Positions 25,715 to 35,078 of a DNA stretch of 63,661 bases are shown in pieces. Position numbers and translations under genes: made by a program. Origin of the DNA: an uncultured Oscillospiraceae bacterium (GTDB lineage: Bacteria > Bacillota > Clostridia > Oscillospirales > Oscillospiraceae); assembly GCA_947626385.1 (NCBI GenBank), contig CANQSD010000001.1, forward strand, positions 1 through 63,661. Direction: 5' to 3'. The notes under the pieces were generated by a model. That model saw nothing but the letters and a program-made list of their open reading frames with translations, did no database searches and had not been told where the DNA came from. Position 1 is the first letter of the stretch. Each line of letters begins with the position of its first letter.

Positions 25715-26275
25715 ATGGACAGCGGAGCGGAAAGCTACCGGCGTTTTCTGGACGGGGACGACACGGGCCTTACGGATATTGTCCGGGAGTACCGGGACGG
25801 GCTGACGCTGTACCTCGTGAAGCTCACAGGCGACATCTTCGCGGCCGAGGAGATTATGGAGCAGGTGTTTTTTACACTGGTCGCCAAAAAGCCCCGCTTT
25901 TCCGGGAAAAGCTCCTTCAAAACGTGGCTCTATATCATCGGGCGCAACGCCGCCCTGGACGCGGCGCGTCGACGCCGGCATCTGGCCGACACCCCGCCGG
26001 AGGATGTTCCGGAGGCGCTGGCGGAGGAGGAGAGCGTAGAGCGGGACTATCTGCGGCAGGAGTGGCGCGTGGCCGTCCACCGGGCGCTGAAAAAGCTCCC
26101 GCCCCAGTACCGTCAGGCGCTGTTCCTTGCGTATTTTGAGGACATGACCGCCGCCGAGATCGCCGCCGTGATGAAAAAGAGCCGCCACCAGACGGAAAAC
26201 CTCTTGTACAGGGCCCGCGCGGCCCTGAAAGCTGAGCTTAAAAAGGAGGATATCGATCATTATGAAGAGCTATGA
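25715..26275 (+). CDS. ECF-type RNA polymerase sigma-70 factor
   Basis: Region 2 (FKTWLYIIGRNAALDAAR) and region 4 (YRQALFLAYFEDMTAAEIAAVMKKSRHQTENLLYRAR). RBS GGAGGTG precedes ATG 25715. Confidence 0.85.
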   Translation: MDSGAESYRRFLDGDDTGLTDIVREYRDGLTLYLVKLTGDIFAAEEIMEQVFFTLVAKKPRFSGKSSFKTWLYIIGRNAALDAARRRRHLADTPPEDVPEALAEEESVERDYLRQEWRVAVHRALKKLPPQYRQALFLAYFEDMTAAEIAAVMKKSRHQTENLLYRARAALKAELKKEDIDHYEEL

Positions 26276-27041
26276 GGAGATCGCCGCCTCCGCGCTGGAG
26301 CGGGGACGGGCCTATGAGACGAGAATGAGGGCCAAACGGAGAACGGCGGGGCGTGTGTGCCTGTGCTCCTTTGCCGCCGTGGCGCTGATCGGGGTGGGAG
26401 CGTGGCAGTTCGGGGGCCCGGAGGACATAGACGAGGTGCTGGTGGGGCCCGCGGTGTCCACGCCGCCCCCCGCGTCGGAGAGTGAGTCTGACCCCACGCC
26501 CACTGAGCCCCCGGAAACCGGTGCGGAAGCGGGGAAACACCCGCTTGAGGAGACAGACCCCGCGCCCATGCAGCCCCAGGAGACCGGCGGGGAGGTGGGG
26601 GGCTTCTACCTCCCGGTGGGAGAAGGAGGGGAATTGACGGAGCCCATGCCCATGATCTCAAGCTACGGCAGCTACGGCGAAGGAGATGAGGGATGTTTCG
26701 CCACCCCTCAAAACGGGGAGACGTTTTGCTCCAACCAGCTTTCCGGGGCGATGAACGAGTACGGGGACACGGTCCTCTACAATGTGCGCGTGGATGTATT
26801 CAAAAACGGGGAGCCTCTTGACAAGTCCTCCCCGGAGGAAGTCAAGATGGCGGCGAATCTCTTTTCCGCCCTGGACATCATCTCATGCATGGAGGACTAT
26901 TTCGACGGCCAGGAGCACCACTACTTCCTTTATCTCTACGCCACCTTCGCCCAGCTTCATGAGCTGACGCTGACGCCCCCGGAGGGATACGGATTTATCC
27001 TGTTCCTCCGGGATGAACAGCAAACCGACCTAAGCGCTTAG
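26262..27041 (+). CDS. Single-pass membrane protein, putative anti-sigma factor (unassigned C-terminal domain)
   Basis: 14-nt overlap with the ECF sigma gene. Short cytoplasmic N-terminus, one TM helix (VCLCSFAAVALIGVGAW), a Pro/Glu/Thr-rich linker and an acidic C-terminal domain of about 130 aa. The role is inferred from position. Confidence 0.4.
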   Translation: MKSYEEIAASALERGRAYETRMRAKRRTAGRVCLCSFAAVALIGVGAWQFGGPEDIDEVLVGPAVSTPPPASESESDPTPTEPPETGAEAGKHPLEETDPAPMQPQETGGEVGGFYLPVGEGGELTEPMPMISSYGSYGEGDEGCFATPQNGETFCSNQLSGAMNEYGDTVLYNVRVDVFKNGEPLDKSSPEEVKMAANLFSALDIISCMEDYFDGQEHHYFLYLYATFAQLHELTLTPPEGYGFILFLRDEQQTDLSA

Positions 27042-27050
27042 TTAAGAAGC

Positions 27051-27088
27051 GCAAAGAGCGCACAGCGTTTTTGCTGTGCGCTCTTTGC
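27051..27088. terminator. Bidirectional terminator between convergent genes
   Basis: GCAAAGAGCGCACAGC-GTTTTT-GCTGTGCGCTCTTTGC, a 16-bp perfect stem. Confidence 0.65.
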
Positions 27089-27138
27089 CTTGTGTGGTAT
27101 CAACAAGTCGGTTTAAAGCTCATAGTTATCATTCATGC

Positions 27139-27978
27139 TTATTCCGGTATGAACCCCTCGAAGATGACGACGCAGCCGTTTGCCTCAAGCTCTCGCATAC
27201 GCTCCGGGTCGCGGACGGTCCAGCTGACCTCGTGGACGTTGTAGAGGCGGCGCATGAGGCCGAGGACGGGGACGTCGCGGTCTATGTGGTTGTAGGCGAT
27301 GAAGTCCGGGGTCGTGAGGGGCGTGGTCAGGAGGTTTGTCAGGGCGAAGCGCTGGGAGGGGGAGAGATGGGCCGGGGCGGAGCGCTGGAAGTTTTCGCTA
27401 AGCTGTCCCCGGATGACGTCGGGATACTCCCGCTTGAGCCACCAGAGGACATTGGGGTCGAAGGATTCCAGGCAGTAGGGGCCCTTATACCGGCCCATCC
27501 GTTCCATAACGGCGCGCACAAGCGGCTGGGCGTTGCCTCCGTGGGTCTTGAGCTCGACGATCAGCGGCGTTTTGCCGGAGAAGACCTCCAGGACCTCCTC
27601 AAAGAGTGGGACAGTCTCCTCGGTTCCCAGAAGCGGGAAGCCGGCAAGGTCCGCCGCCGTCATGTCCTCCACCACAGCGGGCCGCCCGGTGACGCGGGCA
27701 AGGTCGCTGTCGTGGACCACGCACAGATACCCGTCGCGCATGAGGTGGACATCCAGCTCCGCCCCGAAGCCGTGCTCCACGGCGGCGCGGAAGGCGGGCA
27801 GGGAGTTTTCGGGCCGCCCCTCATCTAAATTATGTAAACCTCTGTGGGCGAAACGGTGTCCGGCGAAGTGCTCCCATCCGGGAAAGCCCCTCCGTGGGGC
27901 CAGGGAGGCGACCCCGACAGCGCCCAGGGACGCGGCAGCGGCGGCGACGGTAAGCGACACTTTTGTAGATTTCTTCAT
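27139..27978 (-). CDS. Glycerophosphodiester phosphodiesterase family protein (membrane-anchored or secreted)
   Basis: FAHRGLH..PENSLPAFRAAVEHGFGAELDVHLMRDG (the HRG/ENS/E.D motifs). N-terminal hydrophobic segment. Confidence 0.8.
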   Translation of the reverse strand: MKKSTKVSLTVAAAAASLGAVGVASLAPRRGFPGWEHFAGHRFAHRGLHNLDEGRPENSLPAFRAAVEHGFGAELDVHLMRDGYLCVVHDSDLARVTGRPAVVEDMTAADLAGFPLLGTEETVPLFEEVLEVFSGKTPLIVELKTHGGNAQPLVRAVMERMGRYKGPYCLESFDPNVLWWLKREYPDVIRGQLSENFQRSAPAHLSPSQRFALTNLLTTPLTTPDFIAYNHIDRDVPVLGLMRRLYNVHEVSWTVRDPERMRELEANGCVVIFEGFIPE

Positions 27979-27989
27979 AGCTGCACCTC

Positions 27990-29336
27990 TCAGTCGTCCA
28001 TGTCCTCAAAGGCCGCCAGGCCCCGCTTGGGCTCGGCCTTGGCGTCGCCGTGCTTCACAAAGAGCATGGTGACAAAGCTCAGGCCCACAAAGAAGGCGGC
28101 ATAGGGGAACAGGGTCCAATAACCGACGGCCCCCATCAGGGTGCCGACCAGCGCGGGGGTGATCACCTGGGCGGCCATGGAGGCGGTATAGTAGTAGCCG
28201 GTGAACTTGCCCACATCGGAGCCCTTGCACATTTCCACCACCATGGGCAGGGAGTTGACGTTGATGGCCGCCCAGGCAAGGCCTACCAGGGCGAAGACGA
28301 CGTACATGATAAAGTTGATGGAATCGAACACGTTGGTGAGCACCCCGCCCAGCAGGAAGCAGGCGGCCAGCAGGGCAACGCCGCCCAGGATGGTCTTTTT
28401 CCGTCCGATCTTGGAGGCCACGATGCCGATGGGGATGTAGCTGACGATAGCCCCGGCGGTAGCCACCATGAGGCAGGTGGACGCGCCGCCCAGACCCTCG
28501 CCCATGACCTTGTCGATGTACCGGGTGAACCAGGTGGTGACGCCGTTGTAGCCCACGAACCAGAGGGCGATGGAGGCCAGCAGGAAGCCCAGACTGCGCT
28601 TGACCGGGGCGGGCAGCGCCTCGTGGCCGGAGCCGTCGTCCTCCGCCAGGTTCCACTCAGGGTGCTTGGCCTCCAGCGCCTGGTTCTCGGCGGCCAGCTT
28701 GGGCTCCCGGATGGTGACCAGCAGCACGATCACCGCCACGGCCATGATGCCGGACACGATCAGGAAAAGAGGCTGATAGTTCACGTGCTCCAGCGCCTTC
28801 ACCTTGTCGGTGGGGTACATGACGGAGGCGATAGCCAGATAGATGATGCCGCCCACGGCGCCCATGAGGTTGATGATGGCGTTGCCCTTGGACCGGAGAG
28901 GCTTGGGCGTCACGTCTGGCATGAGGGCCACAGCAGGGGAGCGGTAGATGCCCATGGCGATGAGCAGCAGCCCCAGCACCACCACAAAAGAAACGAACTT
29001 ATAGGGAGCGGCCTCGGCGGCGTAGCTGTTGTCCAGAATGGGCAGGATGTTCATCAGGATCACCGCGGCGGCGGTGCCCGCCAGGATGTAGGGGGTGCGT
29101 CGGCCAAGCTTGCCGGGCTTGGTACGGTCGGACAGCCCGCCGAACAGGGGCAGCAGGAACAGGGCCAGCACATTGTCCGCCGCCATAATGACGCCGGAGA
29201 TGGTCTCGTTCAGATGGAAGGTGTTTCCGAGGATCAGTTGGATCACGTTGTCGTACATCTGCCAAAAGGCGCTGATGGACAGGAACGCCAACCCCACCAG
29301 GACGGTGCGCTTGTTGTTGAGCTTCAGCTTTTCCAT
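27990..29336 (-). CDS. MFS transporter (SLC45/GPH-like)
   Basis: 12 TM helices and the LFGGLSDRT.....GRRTPYIL loop motif typical of SLC45/GPH-type MFS carriers. Confidence 0.8.
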   Translation of the reverse strand: MEKLKLNNKRTVLVGLAFLSISAFWQMYDNVIQLILGNTFHLNETISGVIMAADNVLALFLLPLFGGLSDRTKPGKLGRRTPYILAGTAAAVILMNILPILDNSYAAEAAPYKFVSFVVVLGLLLIAMGIYRSPAVALMPDVTPKPLRSKGNAIINLMGAVGGIIYLAIASVMYPTDKVKALEHVNYQPLFLIVSGIMAVAVIVLLVTIREPKLAAENQALEAKHPEWNLAEDDGSGHEALPAPVKRSLGFLLASIALWFVGYNGVTTWFTRYIDKVMGEGLGGASTCLMVATAGAIVSYIPIGIVASKIGRKKTILGGVALLAACFLLGGVLTNVFDSINFIMYVVFALVGLAWAAINVNSLPMVVEMCKGSDVGKFTGYYYTASMAAQVITPALVGTLMGAVGYWTLFPYAAFFVGLSFVTMLFVKHGDAKAEPKRGLAAFEDMDD

Positions 29337-29376
29337 GACATCCTCCTAAGAATAAATTTTAAATTCTTTTACAAAT

Positions 29377-29405
29377 ATATTAACAGAGGATGAAGGAAAA
29401 AGCAA
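29377..29405 (-). promoter_or_regulatory. Putative promoter of the MFS-GDPD operon
   Basis: On the minus strand: TTGCTT, 17-nt spacer, TAATAT, about 40 nt upstream of ATG 29336. Confidence 0.35.
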
Positions 29406-29438
29406 CACAATTTTTGTGCAAAATGCTCCAAATTTGAC

Positions 29439-29476
29439 AAAAAGAGGGCGGGAAATCCGTTTCCCGCTCTCTTTTT
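29439..29476 (-). terminator. Terminator after the DegV/alpha-galactoside operon (A-run and T-run on both sides)
   Basis: 11-bp stem AGAGGGCGGGA/TCCCGCTCTCT flanked by AAAAA and TTTTT. Confidence 0.6.
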
Positions 29477-29488
29477 GCGCTTTTGGCG

Positions 29489-30361
29489 TTACCAACCGGC
29501 GTTTTCGTCCTTAGCGATATAGAAGACCCCCAGGGTGCCGGGGCCGCAGTGGATGGTGACGACGCTCCCGGCGCGGGTGACATGGACGTTTTTGAAGACG
29601 CCGAGCGCGCGCACCTTATCCGCGATCTCGTCGATAATCTCCTGGGGCAGACGCCCGGTGTGGGAGACAAAGACATGGTCGGGGTCGGCGTTTTTCAAAA
29701 GGGGCTCCAGGTCCTCGTAGTACTTGCGGATGACGTCGGGCTGTTTGCCCCGGTACTTCTTAGCCACGCCAAGGCCGCCGTCCTTCACCAGGATCTTCGG
29801 CTTGATCTTCAGGGCGCTGCCGATGAGGGCGGTGGCCGCCGAGCAACGGCCGCCCCGGTGGATGTAGTTGAGCTCCTCGATGACGGAGGTGGTGCGGACC
29901 TTGGGGATGAAGGAGTTTACATAACTCTCAAGCGCCCGCAGGTCCGTCTCCCCGGCCTCGATGCGCTCGGCGGCCTTCAGGATGAGAAGCCCGATACCGG
30001 TGCAGAGATTCCGGGAGTCGATGACCGCCACGTGGTCGGCATAATCCAGATTCTCCGCCGCCATTTTGAAGATGTTGCACGAGGCGGACAAGCCCGTGGA
30101 GATGCCGAAGAAGATGACGTCGTCTCCGGCCTCCACCGCCTCACGCAAAGCGTTTTCCGCGTCGCCCACCGAGAAAGCGGCGGTGACGGGGGTGGTGTTG
30201 TGCTCGTCGGACCAGGCGTAGAGCTCGTCGGGAGTGATGTTCTGCCAGTCCACATAGGTCTTGTCCCCCATGTTCACATAGAGGGGGATGACGCGGATGC
30301 GGTACTTCTCCCAAAGCTCCGGCGTCAGGTCGTTGGTGCTGTCGGCGTAAATTTTGATCAT
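29489..30361 (-). CDS. DegV family protein (second paralogue)
   Basis: MIKIYADSTNDLTPE... is DegV-like throughout. ATG 30361 follows GGAGGCACTT; the upstream extension in the track is low-complexity. Confidence 0.85.
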   Translation of the reverse strand: MIKIYADSTNDLTPELWEKYRIRVIPLYVNMGDKTYVDWQNITPDELYAWSDEHNTTPVTAAFSVGDAENALREAVEAGDDVIFFGISTGLSASCNIFKMAAENLDYADHVAVIDSRNLCTGIGLLILKAAERIEAGETDLRALESYVNSFIPKVRTTSVIEELNYIHRGGRCSAATALIGSALKIKPKILVKDGGLGVAKKYRGKQPDVIRKYYEDLEPLLKNADPDHVFVSHTGRLPQEIIDEIADKVRALGVFKNVHVTRAGSVVTIHCGPGTLGVFYIAKDENAGW

Positions 30362-30371
30362 AAGTGCCTCC

Positions 30372-31979
30372 TTACTGCTCAAGCAACTCTCTGGGCACCG
30401 GCAGGATCTGCTCCTCGCCGTCCAGCGTGAAGGTGAGCATAAACTTGTCGGCGTCAAAGCGCACGTTTTCAGCGTCGTTGAAAAGATGGACAAGCTCCTT
30501 ATACGCCGCCCGCTGGGCGTAGGTGTAGGAGCCGGGGTCGTCGGAGATGAGGAACACACCGCCCAGAAGGGCGTTGACCCGCGCTAAAAGGAGCTTCTGG
30601 TCGTCCCGGAGGGAGATGTTCTCCTCCCGGAGGAAGAAGACGTCCGGGTCATTGATATGTGCCCGCCCGCAAAGCTCCCGGCGGAAGAGGGTGTTGAGGA
30701 TGGCGTTCCTGGAGCTGACCCGCTCCCGGTGGGTAAGGTCGGCGAAGGGCGCGCCGTCCCACTCCAGGCACGCGTCGCAGCTGATGCGGCAGTATTCCAC
30801 CTTCCCGAAGGCGGGCATCACGGGAACGCCGCATCCCAGGATGGGCGTCTCGCCGCACTCTTGGCGCAAAAAGTCCATGGCCCGGATCATCCGCGCGGCC
30901 CTTGTCTCGGTCTCCGTTCCGAAGACCGCCGCGCCGTAGAGGAAGTCCAGCTTCAGTAGGTCGAAGCCCCACTCGTGGATCACCCGGCGGAGGACCTGAC
31001 GCAGATATTCGAGAAGCTCCGGCTTATCGATGTCCAGCGCCACGAAGCCGCCCCAGTTGTCGCCCATGAACCAGGGTTCGCCATTGACCTTAACCACCCA
31101 GTCCGGATGCTCCCGCACCAGGGCGGAGTCCTTGTGGGCGATGAAGGGCGCAAGCCACAGGCCGGCCTTGAACCCGGCCCCGTGGATCTCATCCACCAGC
31201 GCCTTCATGCCGGAGGGGAACTTCTCCCGGTCGCACTCCAGCCAGTCTCCCACGGCGGGCTGCCAGCCGTCGTCGATCTGAAAGAGGTCGCCGGGGGCCA
31301 GGAGCTTTTTACAGCCCTCCAGGTCCTGGCGGATGGTCGCCTCGGTGATGCCGGTGAAGCGGTTATACCAGCTGGTGTAGCCCCGCAGGGGCTTTGCCGG
31401 CAGGGGGTTGACGCCCATGGACGCAAACCACCCGTCGAAGACCTGGTCCTCGGACCCCTTGGCAAAGTAGAGGTCGAAGAGGGGATAGTCCCCGCCGCAG
31501 GCAAGGCCCGCACAGTCGCGCTCCACCGTGAGGAAGGCGATTTCGGCGTCATAGGTGAACATGGTGTAGCCGGGCTTTTCGTCCAGAGAGCCGATAAGCT
31601 TGAATTCCTCCCCGCGCCGCACGTAGCACCAGGAAAAGCCGTGGGTCACGCCGGGGCGGCAGGGGTATTTCACAAAGTGATAGTCCCCGTACCGGTCAAA
31701 GCCGTGCTCGGCAACGGTCGCCTTCGGCACCCGCCGAAGGTCCCAGATACGGTCGGTGAGGGAATATTCCGGGCACGTGGTCCAGGTCTGGTAGCCGTTC
31801 ATAAAGACACGGGACCCCTCCACCGCCGCCAGCGGCATCCGGGCGGTAACGGATTTGATGTGCCCCTGGGGCAGGGAAGCGGTGATGTGCAGGGCCTCCC
31901 CCCACCGGGCGTCCGCGCTTCCCGAGAGGGCGACGTCCCCCGCGTCAGTTGTTACAACGGCTTTCCATGTGAAAAGCAT
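30372..31979 (-). CDS. Alpha-galactosidase-like glycoside hydrolase (clan GH-D, GH36-like)
   Basis: FQIDDGWQ, GFKAGLWLAPF and FDLLKLDFLY (KxD nucleophile context). Adjacent to a GPH sugar symporter. Confidence 0.6.
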   Translation of the reverse strand: MLFTWKAVVTTDAGDVALSGSADARWGEALHITASLPQGHIKSVTARMPLAAVEGSRVFMNGYQTWTTCPEYSLTDRIWDLRRVPKATVAEHGFDRYGDYHFVKYPCRPGVTHGFSWCYVRRGEEFKLIGSLDEKPGYTMFTYDAEIAFLTVERDCAGLACGGDYPLFDLYFAKGSEDQVFDGWFASMGVNPLPAKPLRGYTSWYNRFTGITEATIRQDLEGCKKLLAPGDLFQIDDGWQPAVGDWLECDREKFPSGMKALVDEIHGAGFKAGLWLAPFIAHKDSALVREHPDWVVKVNGEPWFMGDNWGGFVALDIDKPELLEYLRQVLRRVIHEWGFDLLKLDFLYGAAVFGTETETRAARMIRAMDFLRQECGETPILGCGVPVMPAFGKVEYCRISCDACLEWDGAPFADLTHRERVSSRNAILNTLFRRELCGRAHINDPDVFFLREENISLRDDQKLLLARVNALLGGVFLISDDPGSYTYAQRAAYKELVHLFNDAENVRFDADKFMLTFTLDGEEQILPVPRELLEQ

Positions 31980-33362
31980 TCAGGTTTCCTCCTTTTTCGC
32001 TTTGAGCGTATCACAGATCTCCTGCACCTGTTTGTCGGTGAGGGTAAATTTTTTGGCAAAGAAGATGAAGGCGATGACCAGCCCCAGGATGGGCAGGACG
32101 GTCATCAAAAGCCTGAGCCCCGTGATGGTGGAGGCGGACTGGGCGATGATCTCGCCGGTCTCCTCCGTGTCGCCCTCAAGGCCGATGAGGTCGAGGCCGA
32201 TGCCGGTGATGAAGACGGCGAGGCCCGAGGCGGCCTTCACCACGAAGGTCTGCATGGAGAAGATGACGGACTCCTCCCGCCGGCCCGTCTTCAGCTCGCC
32301 GTAGTCCACGGAGCTGGAGAGGAACACGGTGGTGAGCACCGTGAGGATGCCGTTGGCGGCAAAGACCAGCGCCCCGCAAACGCAGATGAGGACCATATTG
32401 GCGGAAAGCCCCGCGAAGCACACGGCCAGGATGAGGGCGTAGCCCAGCATGGCGGTGCCCAGGGCGGCCTTGAAGATCTGGATGTTGCCCAGCTTCTTGC
32501 GCAGCAGGGGATAGACCACCATCATGCCGAGGATCTGGAAGACGCCGCCAACCATGGTGAAGAGCGTGTAGTTGCCCTTCCAGCCCGTGCCGCCGATGTC
32601 GTACTTGAAGAAGTAGATGACGAGGTTGGAGGTCAGATACAGGGCCGCGTTGATGAGCAGAATAGCCAGCACCGTGATCATCGCCTGGTCGTTGCGGAAG
32701 AGGGCCTTGAACATCTGGGGGACGGTGGACGTCTCCATTTTCCCGATGTCGTGCTCCTTGACCTTCAGGGCGCAGATGACCTCGGTAATAACGAAAAGGA
32801 CCGCTACGATCAGCGCCAGAAGCGCGAAACCGCGCCGCTCGCTGTCGCCGCCCAGGAAGGCCACCGCCATAACGGTGCCCACCTGGATGAGTGCCGAGCC
32901 CACGCCGGCGCAGGTGCGCCCGATGACGGACAGGTTCTCCCGGTCGGCGGGGGTGGAGGTGATGGCGGGGATCATGGACCAGTAGGGGATATCCATCATG
33001 GTGTAGGTGACGCCCCAGAGTATGTAGACCACCGTGAAGAACACCATGAGCCCCGTCCCCTTGAGGTCTGGTGCGGCAAAGAGGGCGTAGAGCGTGAAGG
33101 CGTTGAGCACCGTGCCCGAGATGAGCCAGGGGCGGAAGCGGCCCCATTTTGTCCTGGTCTTCGCCACCAGGATCCCCATGAACGGGTCGTTGAGCGCGTC
33201 AAATACCCGCGCGAGCATCAGGATCGTCCCCACGAACGTGGCGGACAGACCGAGAAGGTCCTGGTAGTAGTACATGACATAGGTGGCCGAAAGCGCGTAC
33301 ACCATGTCCTTTCCCACCGCGCCGATCCCAAACGCAGCCTTCTGCGATGCGGTCAGTTTCAT
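31980..33362 (-). CDS. GPH-family glycoside/cation symporter (MelB-like)
   Basis: LARVFDALNDPFMGILVAKTRTKWGRFRPW signature and 12 TM helices. ATG 33362 is preceded by GGGAGGAA. Confidence 0.8.
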   Translation of the reverse strand: MKLTASQKAAFGIGAVGKDMVYALSATYVMYYYQDLLGLSATFVGTILMLARVFDALNDPFMGILVAKTRTKWGRFRPWLISGTVLNAFTLYALFAAPDLKGTGLMVFFTVVYILWGVTYTMMDIPYWSMIPAITSTPADRENLSVIGRTCAGVGSALIQVGTVMAVAFLGGDSERRGFALLALIVAVLFVITEVICALKVKEHDIGKMETSTVPQMFKALFRNDQAMITVLAILLINAALYLTSNLVIYFFKYDIGGTGWKGNYTLFTMVGGVFQILGMMVVYPLLRKKLGNIQIFKAALGTAMLGYALILAVCFAGLSANMVLICVCGALVFAANGILTVLTTVFLSSSVDYGELKTGRREESVIFSMQTFVVKAASGLAVFITGIGLDLIGLEGDTEETGEIIAQSASTITGLRLLMTVLPILGLVIAFIFFAKKFTLTDKQVQEICDTLKAKKEET

Positions 33363-33533
33363 AAGCGTTCCTCCCGTTTCCGTGCGCCTTTGCGACACAC
33401 TGTCGCTTTAATCCCTATTATGCGTGATTTGCCGGAATTTAGCAAGGGGAAAACAGAGAATTTCCACAAAATTCACAAAAAAGCGCACCCCAAAATCCCA
33501 AGGCCGCGCTGTTCGTTTTATAAGCCTTACGTT

Positions 33534-33547
33534 TCAAAGCGCTTTCG
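33534..33547. promoter_or_regulatory. cre-like palindrome (possible CcpA site) upstream of the alpha-galactoside operon
   Basis: TCAAAGCGCTTTCG matches the idealised cre TGAAAGCGCTTTCA at 12 of 14 positions. It lies about 175 nt upstream of ATG 33362. Confidence 0.35.
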
Positions 33548-33578
33548 GCACGATTCCACAGGAACAAAAAATATGTAG

Positions 33579-33607
33579 TAGATTTCTCCACATTTGGGTG
33601 GTATAAT
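33579..33607 (+). promoter_or_regulatory. Extended -10 promoter of the HExxH gene
   Basis: TGgTATAAT (33599-33607) with a weak -35 (TAGATT), 55 nt upstream of ATG 33662. Confidence 0.4.
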
Positions 33608-33661
33608 CAGAAATATCAAGTGGGCGGCTGTTTGGCAAATCGCTGTTTGGAGGCATTAAAA

Positions 33662-34123
33662 ATGCAAAAAGATGAGATCCAGCGCTTGGTAGATAAATAC
33701 AGCGCCAAATTGCGCATTACGCCAATATGGGATGTAAAGCTTGCATTCGTGGAAGACCCGGCATGGCGAAAAACAGGAGACATCAAGATTGACTGCGACG
33801 ATCGAAAAGCAATTCTGATGTTAAATGTATTCAATCCAAATCAGGAAAATCTCGAAGAAGTGATCGTGCATGAACTCATGCACCTGAAAATGTACCCTCT
33901 CGATCAAGTGACGGAATCCCTCATCACAAATGTCTTTGAAGAGGGTACAACTGCGCAGAATTTTGCTTATCAGCAGTTTTTTACTGCGTTGGAGCAGACT
34001 GTTGAAGAACTTGCAAAATGTTTCCTGCTGGAGATTGGAGAAAACCGTGATCTGTCATTTGGCCGATGCGCAAAGAAAAAATCATTCGACGAATTATATA
34101 ACGGACTAAAAGCATTGAAATAA
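33662..34123 (+). CDS. Small (153 aa) HExxH-motif protein, putative zinc metallopeptidase, in a low-GC islet
   Basis: RBS GGAGG precedes ATG 33662. Motif VIVHELMHLKMYP. About 35-52% GC per 60-nt line against about 62-70% in the flanking genes. Own promoter and terminator. Confidence 0.6.
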   Translation: MQKDEIQRLVDKYSAKLRITPIWDVKLAFVEDPAWRKTGDIKIDCDDRKAILMLNVFNPNQENLEEVIVHELMHLKMYPLDQVTESLITNVFEEGTTAQNFAYQQFFTALEQTVEELAKCFLLEIGENRDLSFGRCAKKKSFDELYNGLKALK

Positions 34124-34185
34124 ATGTATACTTTTCTGTTTTCTGGTTCGGCTGATTCTCAGCGGCAGGGTATTTTGCATGATCA

Positions 34186-34217
34186 CCCGTCAGCAATTCT
34201 GCTGGCGGGTATTTTTT
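34186..34217 (+). terminator. Terminator of the HExxH gene
   Basis: CCCGTCAGCA-ATTC-TGCTGGCGGG followed by TATTTTTT. Confidence 0.55.
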
Positions 34218-34262
34218 ATGCGCACTGTTGGATGAATCATCACTCCAGCTATGGCTCAAAAA

Positions 34263-35027
34263 TCAGCCCCGGTCAAGAGCGATGAGCCGCTTGACGGCCT
34301 CCACGCCCACCTTGACGGCGGTGGAGGTGTCGTGGGATTCGGACTGGTCGAGGCCGGCGGCCTCGCGCTCCTGGTTCCAGACCACATGGAAACAGCTCCC
34401 GCACCGCACATGGAGGGCGTTGGCCGCCACGAAGAGGGCGGCGGACTCCATCTCGCTGGCCTTGACGCCCAGCCGCCGCCACGCCTCCCATTTTTGCAGG
34501 AGCTCATAGGAGACGGGGCTTCTCTCCGGCGAGTGCTGGCCGTAGAAGCTGTCCTTACACTGCACCACGCCCACGTGGGTGCGGTAGCCAAGGTCGAGGG
34601 CGGCCCCCCGCAGGGCCGACGCCACGTCGAAGTCCGGGACGGCGGGGTATTCCAGGGGCGCGTATTCCAGGCTCGTGTGCTCATAGCGCACGGCCCCCGT
34701 GGCCACCACCACGTCCCCGGCCTGGACCTCCAGAGCGATGCCGCCGCAGGTGCCCACCCGCACGAAGGTGTCCGCGCCAATGGCCGTCAGCTCCTCCAGG
34801 GCAATGGCGGCGGAGGGTCCGCCGATACCGGTGGAGCAGACGGAGACCTTTTCCCCCAAGAGCGTCCCGGTGTAGGTGGTGAACTCCCGGTTTCGCGCCA
34901 CGAACCGCGCCCCGTCAAAGAGCGCCGCGATCGCCTCGCACCGCCCCGGATCGCCGGGCAGGATCACATACCTCCCCACATCGCCCGCCTCGCACTGGAT
35001 GTGGTACTGCTTTTCATGCTGTATCAT
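34263..35027 (-). CDS. udp: Uridine phosphorylase (PNP_UDP_1 family)
   Basis: 254 aa. [15 protein letters not shown] and EMESAALF motifs; the length fits Udp better than DeoD. Confidence 0.7.
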   Translation of the reverse strand: MIQHEKQYHIQCEAGDVGRYVILPGDPGRCEAIAALFDGARFVARNREFTTYTGTLLGEKVSVCSTGIGGPSAAIALEELTAIGADTFVRVGTCGGIALEVQAGDVVVATGAVRYEHTSLEYAPLEYPAVPDFDVASALRGAALDLGYRTHVGVVQCKDSFYGQHSPERSPVSYELLQKWEAWRRLGVKASEMESAALFVAANALHVRCGSCFHVVWNQEREAAGLDQSESHDTSTAVKVGVEAVKRLIALDRG

Positions 35028-35078
35028 GACCGCGCCTCCTTATTCTCGTGTGATATACGCCTTTTGCATGTCACCATC

